Positions 12,148 to 23,699 of a stretch of DNA of 64,000 nucleotides are shown piece after piece. The position numbers and the translations under genes are program-made. The DNA is from Mobula hypostoma. Taxonomy: Eukaryota. Within the stretch, counting starts at the first letter, position 1, and each line of letters opens with the position of its first letter. A model generated the notes under the pieces. The model had not been told where the DNA came from. It made no database searches and worked only from the letters and a program-made list of their open reading frames with translations. The stretch covers positions 26,042,001 to 26,106,000 of the forward strand of contig NC_086097.1 of the NCBI RefSeq assembly GCF_963921235.1, written 5' to 3'.

Positions 12148-12574
12148 CTAAAGTCATAGTTTTGAAGACAACACATGGCACACCCACACAGGAAATGGTA
12201 AGATTTTCAAGGTAAAAGTGAGTTGATTTTCACAGGATTTCAGCTTCTCCAAGTACTACTTGGACAAGTTCTTATTCATGTACTAAGTTTGCAGGGCCAT
12301 AAAAATTTAAAAAAAGAAACTGTAGATGTATGCTAGCGGTAGTGCACTACTAAGTTTGGATTTGTAAGTAAAAATCCCTAGCTCGACAATCATGTAGGAG
12401 TAATTAGTTAATAAACTGTTCCCTGTATTTAAATCACATTTTGCAAATGGTAACACTGAGCAACAGAGAAAACATATTCTGATAACATTTTCATAAAATT
12501 ACGTTCTATAAGGGAGCAAAGATTCTTTGTAGCAGCCTGACAAAGGAAAGACCTACAATGCAATCTGTCCTTAC

Positions 12575-12672
12575 TATACGCAGCGTTAGCCTGGAATGAC
12601 TGCAAAGACAGAGGAGTAACAATGTGTTGCAGCAGAGCTGTGAAAGAGGGGCCCGAGAGTTTAGTGGGATAG
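12575..12672 (-). CDS. Candidate exon (YPTKLSGPSFTALLQHIVTPLSLQSFQANAAY or IPLNSRAPLSQLCCNTLLLLCLCSHSRLTLRI)
   Basis: Acceptor ACTTCTTTCTTAG, donor ATA|GTAAGG; either frame splices without a stop into the 12147 exon. Confidence 0.35.
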
Positions 12673-12999
12673 CTAAGAAAGAAGTAATTTTCGAGAAGAT
12701 CTCAGTGAAGGCACATGGCATTATAAAATAATCTGAAAAATATTTTCTCCTGTGTTTATGACTATAGCAAAGTTCCAGTAATCCACCACATTTAGGAATT
12801 TGGTGATTAAGCAATTCCTAATAAATCCAGATAAGCAATTTTTCTGTGCTGCTGGATGTGATTTAGACCCCCAGACATTTTAATTCACGCAGACGTTGCT
12901 CAGTATTATAATAGATTTATCAGTGAAAACAAGTAAGTTTAAAGGGAATGTGAGAAACAGGACCCTGCTCAGCTGAAAAAAAAAAGCCCCAAACCCAAG

Positions 13000-13135
13000 A
13001 AACACATGATTCTGCAGATGTTGGAATCCAGAGCAACACACACAAAATGCTGGAGGAATTCAGCAGGTTAGCCAGTATCTACAGAGGGGAATAAACAATT
13101 GATGTTTTGGTCCGAGACCCTTCATCAATACTCAG
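13000..13135 (-). mobile_element. Penelope 3'-end fragment with a decayed hammerhead motif
   Basis: CTGCAGATGTTGGAATCCAGAGCAACACACACAAAATGCTGG...CCGAGACCCTTCATCA matches the reverse complement of 10600-10725. Confidence 0.75.
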
Positions 13136-13329
13136 AGACTGGAAGGACTGTGGGATCTAGGACCCTGACGAGGAAGGGACTATGAAAAGTGGGACTCAAC
13201 AAGTCGGAGGATGCATGTGAATTGTCTCCAAAGCTTCATGCAGTTCCTGCACTCCCTTCCACCAGGAGCTGAAGCCATGGTGAGAAAAGACAACTGTACA
13301 AACTAGGGCCAGGAAAATGGAAATGACTA

Positions 13330-15705
13330 AAGGAACTAAGAGCAATAAGCTAATGTTGTAGCTCTATAAAACTCTGGTTAGACCACACATGGAATTGAAG
13401 GAAGGATGTGAAAGCCTTAGAGAGGGTGCAGAGGAGATTTAGCAGGATGCTGACTGGATTAGAGAGCATGTTTTAAGAGGAAAGGTTGAATAAGCAAAGG
13501 CTTTTTAAAGCAAAGAAGGATCAGAGGTGACTTGACAGAGGTGTATAAAATGATAAAAGGCTAAGTAGAGTGGATAGCAGTGCCTTTTTCCCAGGGGGCA
13601 ATGTAAATACAAGAGGCATAATTTGAGGGAATGTCAGAGGTAGGTTATAGATACTAGGGCATTCAGGGAGGTGAACGATGTCCCAAAACACATTGACATC
13701 ACAAAAGAGAGGTACTGTTAGTGTTAAGGTGCAAAAAAGTGAACTAATCCTCAGAGTCTGACCAAAGGTATTCCAAGAGAGTGAGAAGCAACATAGGAAA
13801 TTGAAAACACCCTGTTTTGCACAGTAGTACAGCACAAAGTCAGAATTAGAATCAGGTTTATTATCGCATGCATATGTCGTGAAACTTGTTAACTTAGCAG
13901 CAGCAGTTCAATGCGATACATAATAAAGAAGAAAAAAAATAAAATAAATTACAAAATAAATACTGCAACAAAAAGTAGTAAGGTAATAAATAATGCTAAA
14001 AAAAGGAATAATGAAGAAAAAAATCCTTAGGTATGGCTAAAGATGACGAATGTGCTTTTATTTTAAAAAAAATGAAAAAACAAACCAGGGAACTAGACCC
14101 CAGTGAAAGGAAATTTACTGGAGGAAATTCTGAGGGAGAGATTCTGTATACATTTGAAAAGACAAAGACTGATTAGAATAGTCAGCGTGGCTTTGTGCAT
14201 GAGCAATCATGTCCCAAGACTTTGATCAAATTGGAGGGGCAACTGACAGCACTGACAAGGGAGGGGCGGTAAACATAATCTATACGGACTTCAGCAAGAC
14301 TTTTGACAAGTTGCCACATGCTGGGTTGGTCCAATGGACTAGATCACATGGGATCCAGGGTGTATCTGCCAGATACAATAGATACAAAAAGTGGAAGGAG
14401 ACGGAGGGTGGTAGTGAAGAGTTGTTTTCTAGACTGGAGACCTGTGACCAGAGGTATGCTGTAGGTATAGGTGCTAGGTCCAGTGCTCTTTGTTATATAT
14501 ATCAACAATTGGGATGAGAATGTAAGTAGCATAATTAGTAACTTTGTAGATTACGTCAACATTGGTTATGTAGTGGACAGTGAAGGAAGTTGTTTAAAGC
14601 TATAACAGGATCCAGTTCATCTGGGAAAGTGGGTCAAGGAACGGCAGATGGAAATTAACATGGACAAGTGCAAAATGGTGAATTTTGGGAAGTTAAACCA
14701 AGGCAGGACTTGAGGACCAAAGTTATAAGGAAAACTTGAATATATTAGTATTTTAATCCATGGAGCGGAGAATTGATAGAGGTATGCAAAATTATGAGGC
14801 TTTTTTAACTGAGATTGGGCAAGGCTAGAACTAGAGGCTAGAACATGAGGGGGAACTTCTTCACCCAGAGGGTGAGAGTGAGGAAAGAGTAGTGTATGCA
14901 GGTTCAATTTCAACATTTAAGAGAAGTTTGTATAAGTACATGGACAGGAGTGGTTTGGAGGTCTATGGACTGGACATGGGTGGATGGGACTAGGCAGAAT
15001 GCCAGTTAGCTTGGATTAGATGGGCCAAAGGGCTTGCTTCTGTGTTGTAATGTTCTATGACTCTAGGACATATAACGTGCGTGACAGGGCCAGGACTACA
15101 AATACCTAGATAGATAGGCGGTGAAGATGTATGGTATGCTTGTATTTATCAGATTGGGCATTGTGTACAAGAGTTGGGACATCATATCACAAGTGTATGA
15201 GATATTGGTGAGACCACAATGGAATACTATATGCATTAATAGGAAGCATGTCATGAAGCTAGAGGCCCCAGAAAAGATTTACAAGTATGTTGCCAGTACT
15301 GGAAGGCTTGAGTTGTAAGGATAGATTGGAGAGACTGGGACTGTTTCCCCTGAAGCAATAGAGGATCGGAGGTGCCCTTATAGAAGTTTATAAAATCCCC
15401 AGAGTTGGCTAAGTCTAAAGTTAGAGGGCATAGGTTTAAGGTAGAGCTGGGGAAAGATTTTAAGGATACCCAAGGGACATGTTTTTCTACACAAGGGGTG
15501 GTGGATAAATGGAATGAGGAGGCAGAGCAATTGGTAGAGGTGGGTACAATTGTAATTTTGAAAAGATATTTGGAGAGTTGCGTGGATAGGAAAGGTTTAG
15601 AGAAATATGGACCAAATTCAGGTGAATGGGATTAGCTCAGGAAGGCAGCCTGGTTGACATGAATGACTTGGAGTGAAGGGCGCATTTCTAAGCTTTATGA
15701 GTCTA
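13330..15705 (+). mobile_element. Cluster of old, fragmented CR1 copies with an intervening Rex-type 3' tail (~13840-14020, -)
   Basis: YTDFSKTFDKLPH, VRGHRFKV, VVDKWNE motifs; (AGAATC)n tail. Confidence 0.75.
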
Positions 15706-16204
15706 AGAATCAATTTATTGTTGCTCTTTGCCAACTAAGAGAGAGACTGAACAGGGTGGGGTTTCTTAAATCTAAATCGTCAGCTGGCAAAGCAAGCATA
15801 ACTTTCTTATTCATGAATGGCAACATACTTTACATTGTTTTTTCTCCACATGCCCTGACTACAATTAATTGTTAAATCACTTTGCAGCACGATGGAAGTT
15901 AAGATTTAAACTAAAACTATGTAATGTTTTAATATTCCAAATATAATTGGGGAACAAATCAACTTATTCAAAGAGAAAGTACTTTCTCTCAAGCTGTTTC
16001 TTCTATTTACTCAGTCATACAACACTGTTCCTGTCTTCTAAGGACAAGTCAATTCTGAATCCAGATGGCCACTTTACTGTGGATCTCATGCATCATAATC
16101 TTCTGCATGAGTCTCTCATGAGGAACCTTGTCGAGCACCTTACATCCACAGCTCAACCTTCATCAATCAACTATGTCATCTCCTCTAAAATTGTGTACTG
16201 AATG

Positions 16205-16720
16205 TGGAATTTGATAGGTTCTTGATTTTTGTAAGGATGCTAAGGGTTATAGAGAAAAGACAGGAGAATGGGATGACAGGAATAACAAATCAGCCATGAT
16301 GGAATGGCACAGTAGACTCACTGGGCTGCACGGCCTGATTTTGCTCCTATGACTTATGGTCTTATAGTATCGCTGGAACTACAAAGACCTTTATCCTTCA
16401 CAAAACAGAGCTGTGATCAATTTTGCTCTCTTTACGGTAATGTGGTACAAAGCAACTACAGTTCGAAGTACATTTATTATCAAAATGTATATACAGAATA
16501 CAACCTTGAGGCAGCCACAAAACAAAGAAACCAAATAGAACCCATTGAAAAAAGCATACTGTCAAACACCCAATGTGTAAACAAAAACAAATTGGGCAAA
16601 CAATACAAAATAAACAAATAATGTTCAGAACTAAAGTTCATGAAAGTAAGCTCACAGCCACAAAGCCAGTCACAGCCGATCCATAAGCCCATTAGTTGAA
16701 GGCCACAACCTCATTTCAGT
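16205..16720 (+). repeat. Direct duplication of a composite unit (second copy ~28285-28785)
   Basis: Same order of CR1 3' end, spacer GGAACTACAAAGA..CCTTCACAAA..CTGTGATCAATT.TGCTCTCTTT..TGGTACAAAGCAACTACA and an antisense LINE-type tail in both copies. Confidence 0.8.
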
Positions 16721-16971
16721 GCCGCGACAAGTAAACATTGCTGAGCAGCAAGGTGAACACCAACTCGTCCCTGACACATCAACCTTTTCAATCTGGCCTG
16801 GTGCTTAAATCAGCGTTGGGCCAGGACAGACAGGACTACGTTAAACCCTGGCTACACAAAAAATAAGATATTCATATTCTACATTTCAAAATCATTTTTC
16901 CAGGTGCATGTATTTGCAGTAACTCCAATGTACATAGATTTATTTAATTGCATAGTTTGCCTAATGTCTTC

Positions 16972-17828
16972 TGTTACGTACCCCGTAACTGGGTTGCCAA
17001 ACCAGCAGAAATGGATCACTCAGCTGGAGTCTGGAGTACTAGAACTAAGAAAGTTTTATTAAAGAAACAAGCAACACAGTAATCGAAAGGATAATAAATG
17101 CAACAATTCAACAATGATAACCACACATGTGCACAGAATTAAGATAACAGCATCAATCAAGCTCTATCGTTGTCTAGGGGTTAAATGACCAATTTCAAAA
17201 TGACTCAAAGTTCAGTCCAGTTTGTAGTTCAGTTCGCAGTAATCGTTGCCATGGCGATGGACAAGGTGGGGGGAGAGAGACAGAATAGGAACAACTGATC
17301 ATTCAGAACGGCTTCACTCACAGACCAGCGGGATGGCTCACAAACAGCTTTTGGGCAGGTCCTTGGTGATGTCACCTGAGGTCACCGACTGTGACCCCTC
17401 CTCCAGATGCGGTCGATCCTCTGCAGTGAACCCGGCACCCAGGCAAGGGCGGACACACACCGGGTTCCCGCTGATCGTACCTTTCCACCCTGTGCGTTGT
17501 CCGATACTTCTCACCAATCGTGAGAGGCGCACCGCTTCCAGGGTCTCGTTACCTCGGGTGGCGTGTGTGTCTGTCTTAGCGAACCTGTCCCTTTTTATCC
17601 CCCTGCTGGGGTATCGCCTGTCCATCACTTCAAACAGTTCAGGGTTCAAAGGGGGGAGCCGCTCCAGACAGCTCTTCCTCCCACATCCCTTCATTACACA
17701 TCTCCAGACGCTGCTCCATTGTTCCTTATCTCTCCTTCCCCTGAGGGCAGGTGGCAGACCAACTGCTGATGCCACTGATGCTAGCCCAGGCCAGCAAACA
17801 TCTTAATTTTATGTGTATTCTCGTAACA
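16972..17828 (-). mobile_element. Solo LTR (857 bp), probably Ty3/gypsy
   Basis: TGTTACG...CGTAACA terminal inverted repeat; perfect 4-bp TSD CTTC (16968-16971, 17829-17832); AATAAA on the minus strand near 17055. Confidence 0.9.
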
Positions 17829-18289
17829 CTTCAAATTCTGCATTGATTTTATTGTCGTTCTCCCCATTTGCATACAGTCAAATAATTTTGAAGTTTGAAA
17901 ATAAAAAACAGCAAAACTGATGGAAACCTGAAATAAAGTTTAAAAGTACTAGAAACAGAGTTAACATTTCAGGGCAACAACACTTTAGCAGAACAGAAAA
18001 AAAGAGAAAATAAGTTGCGTTTGCAGAGAAAAAGTGGAGAGATTGGTAGGATAGAAGAGCAACATGGTGGCCCACATATCCTATTATAGAGTTTCTACCT
18101 TAGAACTTTTGTGACCTGGACTTAATCTTGACCTCTGTGCGGTGTGTGCACATTTTCCCTGTGACCAAATGTTTTCTTTTTTTGTCCTCTTGTTTCCTTC
18201 CACATTCCAATGTGTAGATTTTAGATTAAATGGCCACTGTAAATTACCCCTAGAGCATTTGCGAGTAATTAAGGTTCATGTGAAAGGGT

Positions 18290-18720
18290 GCTTCCACCCT
18301 GCAAAAACTCATTTCAGGGAGGTAGCACCATCAATTTGTGGGAGACTTCCGGGAGAGGTGGGATGTCTGCAATAGAGTAGCTCCTTAGCAGCTAGCCAGC
18401 TAGTTTAAATAACATTAGCTATGCTAATGAACAAATGACACCTGTTAAACTCACCTCAACATGTCTTTTACATTTTAACCCACCATGGGCAATAGAAAAG
18501 TCACTGTTGCAAACAGTGCAGCGAGCAACACTCATTATTTTTGACCCCTATTAGGCAGGGGTACACTTTAGTGTAGTCTGGGGTGACGTACGTTTTATAT
18601 ATTTTTTGGAACACTCTGCCACTCTGACTTCTTTTGGAACTCTCTCGCTCTCTCTCTATTGCACGCTCTCTCACTCGTGGTCGCTCTCACTCGCTCTCTC
18701 GCGCTTGCTTTCTCGCTCAC
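18290..18720 (-). mobile_element. DNA-transposon remnant, probably hAT (N-terminal BED-like zinc finger exon)
   Basis: Minus strand reads YKTYVTPDYTKVYPCLIGVKNN/SVARCTVCNSDFSIAHGGLKCKRHVE followed by GTGAGT; termini not resolved. Confidence 0.55.
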
Positions 18721-19294
18721 TGGTAGGTTATAGAGGTTAATGGGGACAGTTAGAGCGTGAAAATATAAACAAAGGTGCATAAAAGGATGTGAAATGTAGG
18801 CCAGTAGGCCATGCCCCACAGTTCAAACTGTGTCAACAGAGAGAGCCTTGACTGATATTGATTGCAGCTTTCTGAACTAGGCCCAGAAGGAATACAAGGT
18901 GTTACTCAGGCTAGCATCAGGTCTTGTTAGAAAAATACACTGGAAATGGGACAGAATCAAAACAGAGCATGTTACTTCTTTCCAGACTTAATACTGAATC
19001 CTACAACTTCTCTGTTTGGATCAGAACCAGCATTTATGCTGTAAGTATCAGTTTAGAACATAGAACAGTACCGTATACAAAAGGCCCTTTAGTCCACAAT
19101 GTTTGTGCTGAGCACAATGTCGATATAGCCTGCACATCTGCTTCTGTGTAGTCTATATCCCTCAATTACTTCCTGTTAACGTGGCCATCCAAATACCTCT
19201 TAAACATTGTTACTTCAACCACTTCCAGGTACCTAATATTCTGTTAAAAAAATTACCTCATAAATTTCCTTTAAACTTCACCACTCTCACCCTA

Positions 19295-21743
19295 TAGTCC
19301 GTGAGCCAGTAGGGTTGGTTGGTACCATCTGAGGAGAATAATGCTCATAGTGATTTTTGGCAAGGTATACATCTCTAGAGTTAGAAAATATGTGATAGCA
19401 TTGCACCAGTGGTCGCTTTATCATAATAATAATATTCATAATTATGATAATTAATAATCATAATTTTCCAAGTTTTCCACATCTTCCGCATCTTCATCTG
19501 AACTTTCCACACTCCCTGAGGTGGATGCCTGGTTCTCACAGTCTGCCAGTCTACACGTCAGTACACCTGAGGCCATTTGCAACTCACATACATCTTGGGA
19601 GTGAACATTTTCTTGGACAGTTACAGGCCAGTAGATCCAGGATGGCATCGGGTGCTGGCTGGCCTTCCATCCAGTGCACCACCAACTGTTCAGCTTCCTC
19701 ATTTTCCATCCTCTGCCAAAAGGGCTTGGCACTTGTGGGTCCTTCTCTAAACATCTTCTCCATATACCAGCCTAGTAGTTGGCTCGCTGTGCATGTTTTG
19801 TTAAGCAGTCCTTGCATGGTGGGAGTTGATGACTTCCGATTTCACCTTTTTTGGCACAGAAAAGGTGATACCTGAGCTCATTGACCTTGGTGGTCGATGC
19901 TTTTGGGGCATACAGGAGACATGTAAATGCCTCCAGTTTGTCCATCAGTTCCGGGGAGAGGTTCCATTCCTGACCCAACTCAAAGAATGTGTCCCCTGAG
20001 TTTCCCTGTTGCTAGTCAAAAGTTTTAGGGCACTTGTTTTCAAAAGCGCTTACAGTGTCACATCCTGTATATGTGTGCAACCTGATGAGAGCCCTACAAA
20101 CCTCTATGCCAACAGTGGCAGCAACCTTCCTGATGTCTACAAGCCTTGTACGGGTTCTAGTGCCACACCTCTGGAACAGTCTTGTCACAAAATGCTAAAG
20201 ACATCTGTGTCTTCTGAGCAGATCACTACAGATTGGTATCCCTCTCTTGTGGCATGGGCAGCATGGAGAAGTAGGTGGCTATCTGCTTCTTCTTGTTGAT
20301 ATTGAACAGCTGACACCTCCTCACTGTCTTGAGATGTGATTCTGTAACATTTGTCATTCACAGTTGCATACAGAATCTTCTCCTGTAGCTTTGCTCTGTA
20401 CTCCGCCTTCCTCCATTCATAGACTATGAAGCTAATAAGACTATTTTTGTGACTGACTTTGGTCAGGAAGCTCCTCCATTACCTCACCATCTGTGTGCCT
20501 GTGATACCTTGCAACTCATGACCAGTCCCTTCACCCCATAGAGATCTTTCACTATTCTTGATAGAGTTCTCTTTGTATGTGTCGAACACATCTATTGTGC
20601 TACTCTGACTGCCTTCCCTCAGAACCATACCCAGAATTGTTGTGGCAACATCTCTGAAAGTAACTTGATCACCTTTCACTCTTTGGACCAAGTTCAATCC
20701 GTCAACCAATGTAGCAGAGTTTCCTGGGAGTTGCTCTTTTACTGCTATATTTTTCTGCAGGGTTGTGGCTAAAGTAGCTTTATTTGTCTTTCTCAGCGAT
20801 CCTTCTGGTGTGGACAGGGCCCAGGGCAATGGTCCAAGGGGATGAGAAAGAATACCCTCCATACGTAGATTGCGCCCTTGTGCCATCACTATGATGTGTC
20901 CAAACAAAGACTGCTTTCAAGATGATCGCCCTCCCATTTGATTTCACTTCTTTCTTCTTACACATATCACTGAATGTTTTCAGCTTGTTGTTTTTCGTTG
21001 GGTCATGGAATTTCTTTGCTGGTGGGTCTTCATCTAGTCTCTCATCCTTGAAGGTTGCATAGATTCATCAGATTGGAGGCAATGTCCTTGGGGGCTGCCT
21101 TTGCCGTAGAGATGCTAATGAGGTTCTGCTTCTCTGCAAATGGGTTGACCCATTCATAGATGAGGCTAACCACTGCTGAAACTGCTTCCTCATCTTTCTG
21201 GATTCTTGGCTGCTGTAGCTCCGCATAACAAAGCTTTGATTTGTTGCCTTACATCATCGCCCTTAACTGTCCCAGGAATGCACTGCGGTGCTCAGCTGTT
21301 ATGTAGGAACATTTGATGGCTCCAGCATTCAGGCTGAACCGTAATGTGCCTCCAGGAGTTTGGGTGTCTTCATTCACTGTGTCTTCAATAGCCTGGTCCA
21401 CAGGGATCTGCCCAAAGGGGTTGTTACTTGACAGCTGCACTGAGAATTGGCCTGTCTTGAAGGCCTCATACACAGAAGGATTTTTCTCTGGGAGGTTCAT
21501 CATCTGAGCAAAGTAAGGGTATCTGGCATAATTCATCTTATCATAGGCAAAGCACCATGGGATCACAGAAAGCTACCAATGCTGAAATGCTATCACGTAT
21601 TTTCTAGCACCAGGGGTGTACACCTTGCCAAAAATCACTATAAGATTATTCCCCCCAGATGGTACCGGTGGCCTAAATGCTATGCTTTACATTTCTACCC
21701 GGGGGCCGGGGGGGGTGCAGGGGGATGGAGAAGACATCGACTA
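19295..21743 (-). mobile_element. Academ-superfamily (AcademX-type) DNA transposon, internally deleted, both ends present
   Basis: Ends TAGTC...GACTA; 4-bp TSD CCTA (19291-19294, 21744-21747); ~81-bp subterminal inverted repeats 19321-19402 / 21586-21666; coding remnants PWCFAYDKMNYARY, QEEADSHLLLHAAHA...SEDTDV, LHTYTGCDTVSAF (XPG/FEN1-like), LPPC..HAQRANY, LLACNCPRKCSLPRC (Cys cluster); interrupts an old CR1 fragment. Confidence 0.8.
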
Positions 21744-21859
21744 CCTACCCTATCAAATCACCTCTCTCCGCCACTCCAGAGAAAGCAGTTTCAACTTCGT
21801 CCAAAATCTTTACAGTTATGACTCTCTAATCCAAGCAACATCCTGGTAAATTTCTTCTA

Positions 21860-23250
21860 GAATCAGAATCAGGTTTATTATCACCAGCATGTGTCCTGAA
21901 ATTTGTTAATTTAGCAGCAGCAGTTCAATGCAATACATAATATAGAAGAAAAAAATGTAGAAATAAATAAGTAAATCAATTATAGTATATGATTATTGAA
22001 TAGATAAAAATTGTGCAAAAACAGAAATAATACATATTTTAAAAATGAGGTCATGTTTGTGGGTTCAATGTCCATTTAGGAATCGGATGGCAGAGGGGAA
22101 GAAGCTGTTCCTGAATCGCTGAGTGTGTGCCTTCAGGCTTCTGTACCTCCTTCCTGATGGAAACAGTGAGAAAGGGGCATGCCCTGGGTGCTGGGAGCCC
22201 TTAATAATGGACATTGCCTTTCTGAGACACCACTCCTTGAAGATGTCCTGGGTACTTTGTAGGCTAGTACTCAAGATGGAGCCGACTAAATTTACAACCC
22301 TAGTCTGTAGCTTCTTTCGTTCTTGTGCAGTAGCACCACCCCCCCCCCATACCAGACAGTGATGCAGCCTGTCAGAATGCTCTCCACAATACATCTATAG
22401 AAGTTTTTCGGTGTTTTTGTTGACATACCAAATCTCTTCAAACTCCTAATGAAGTATAGGCGCTGTCTTGCCTTGTTTATAGCTGCATTGATATATTAGC
22501 ACCAGGTTAGGTCCTCAGAGATCTTGACACCCAGGAACTTGAAACCGCTCACACTCTCCACTTCTGATCCCTCTTTGAGGGTTGGTATGTGTTCATTCGT
22601 CTTACCCTTACTGAAGTCCACAATCAGCTCTTCCCCGTCTTATTGACGTTGAGTGCAAGGTTGTTGCTGTGACACCACTCCACTGGCAGGTATGTCTCGA
22701 TCCTGTACGCCCTCTCATCTCCATCTGAGATTCTACCAACAATGACTGTATCGTCAGCAAATTTATAGATGGTATTTGAGCTATGCCTAGCCACGCAGTC
22801 ATGGGTATAGAAAGAGTAGAGCAGGGGGCTAAGCACACACTCCTGAGGTGCACCAGTGTTCATCATCAGTGAGGAGGAGATATTATCACCAATCCACACA
22901 GATTGTAGTCTTCTAGTTAGGAAGTCAAGGATCCAAATGAAGAGGGAGGTACAGAGTCCCAGGTTCTGTAACCTCTCAATCAGGATTGTGGGAATGATGG
23001 TGTTAAATGCTGAGCTATAGTTGATGAACAGCATCCTGACATAGGTGTTTGTATTGTCCAGGTGGTCTAAGGCCATGTGAAGAGCCGTTGAGATTGTGTC
23101 TGCCATTGACCTATTGTGGCGATAGGCAAATTGCAGTGGGTCCAGGTCCTTGTTGAGGCAGGAGTTCACTCTAGTCATGACAAACCTCTTAAAGCATTTC
23201 ATCACTGTAGATGTGAGTGCTACTAGGCGATAATCATTAAGGCAGCTACA
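21860..23250 (-). mobile_element. Rex1/Babar LINE, 5'-truncated, inserted in the same CR1 remnant
   Basis: MKCFKR...[13 protein letters not shown]...[18 protein letters not shown]...YKFADD...FRNSFFPSAIRFLN; (AGAATC)n tail at ~21860. Confidence 0.9.
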
Positions 23251-23699
23251 TCCTCTTTAAAGCCTCTACATCCTCCCTGTAATGGCCACCAGAACTACAT
23301 ATAATATTCCGAATGTGGTTAAATTAAAGTTTCATACAGCTGTAAGATGATTTAACTGACTTTTATAACCAGTGCTCTGACCAATGAGGGCAAGCATGCA
23401 GTGCACGTTTTTAACCACTCTATCTTCTTCTGTTGCCACTTTCAGGGAGCTAACAACATTCCTCACTACCCACAACTCCACTAATTTTGTTCCATCTGCA
23501 TTTACGCCTGTGTCTCTTAAATGTACTACAAAAAACAGAAGTCCCTGTGCTAATCTTAATGGAACATCTGTGATCACTGACCTCTAGACAGAATAATGCC
23601 TCTCCACCCCGTACCTACTGCCTATCATTGCCAAACCAATACCAAATCCAATCTAACAATTCTCCATGGATCTCATGTGCCTCTATATACTGGATGTAA

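Noticed and set aside
17246..17806. 186-aa and 145-aa ORFs
   Set aside because: They lie within a GC-rich solo LTR and show no recognisable motifs
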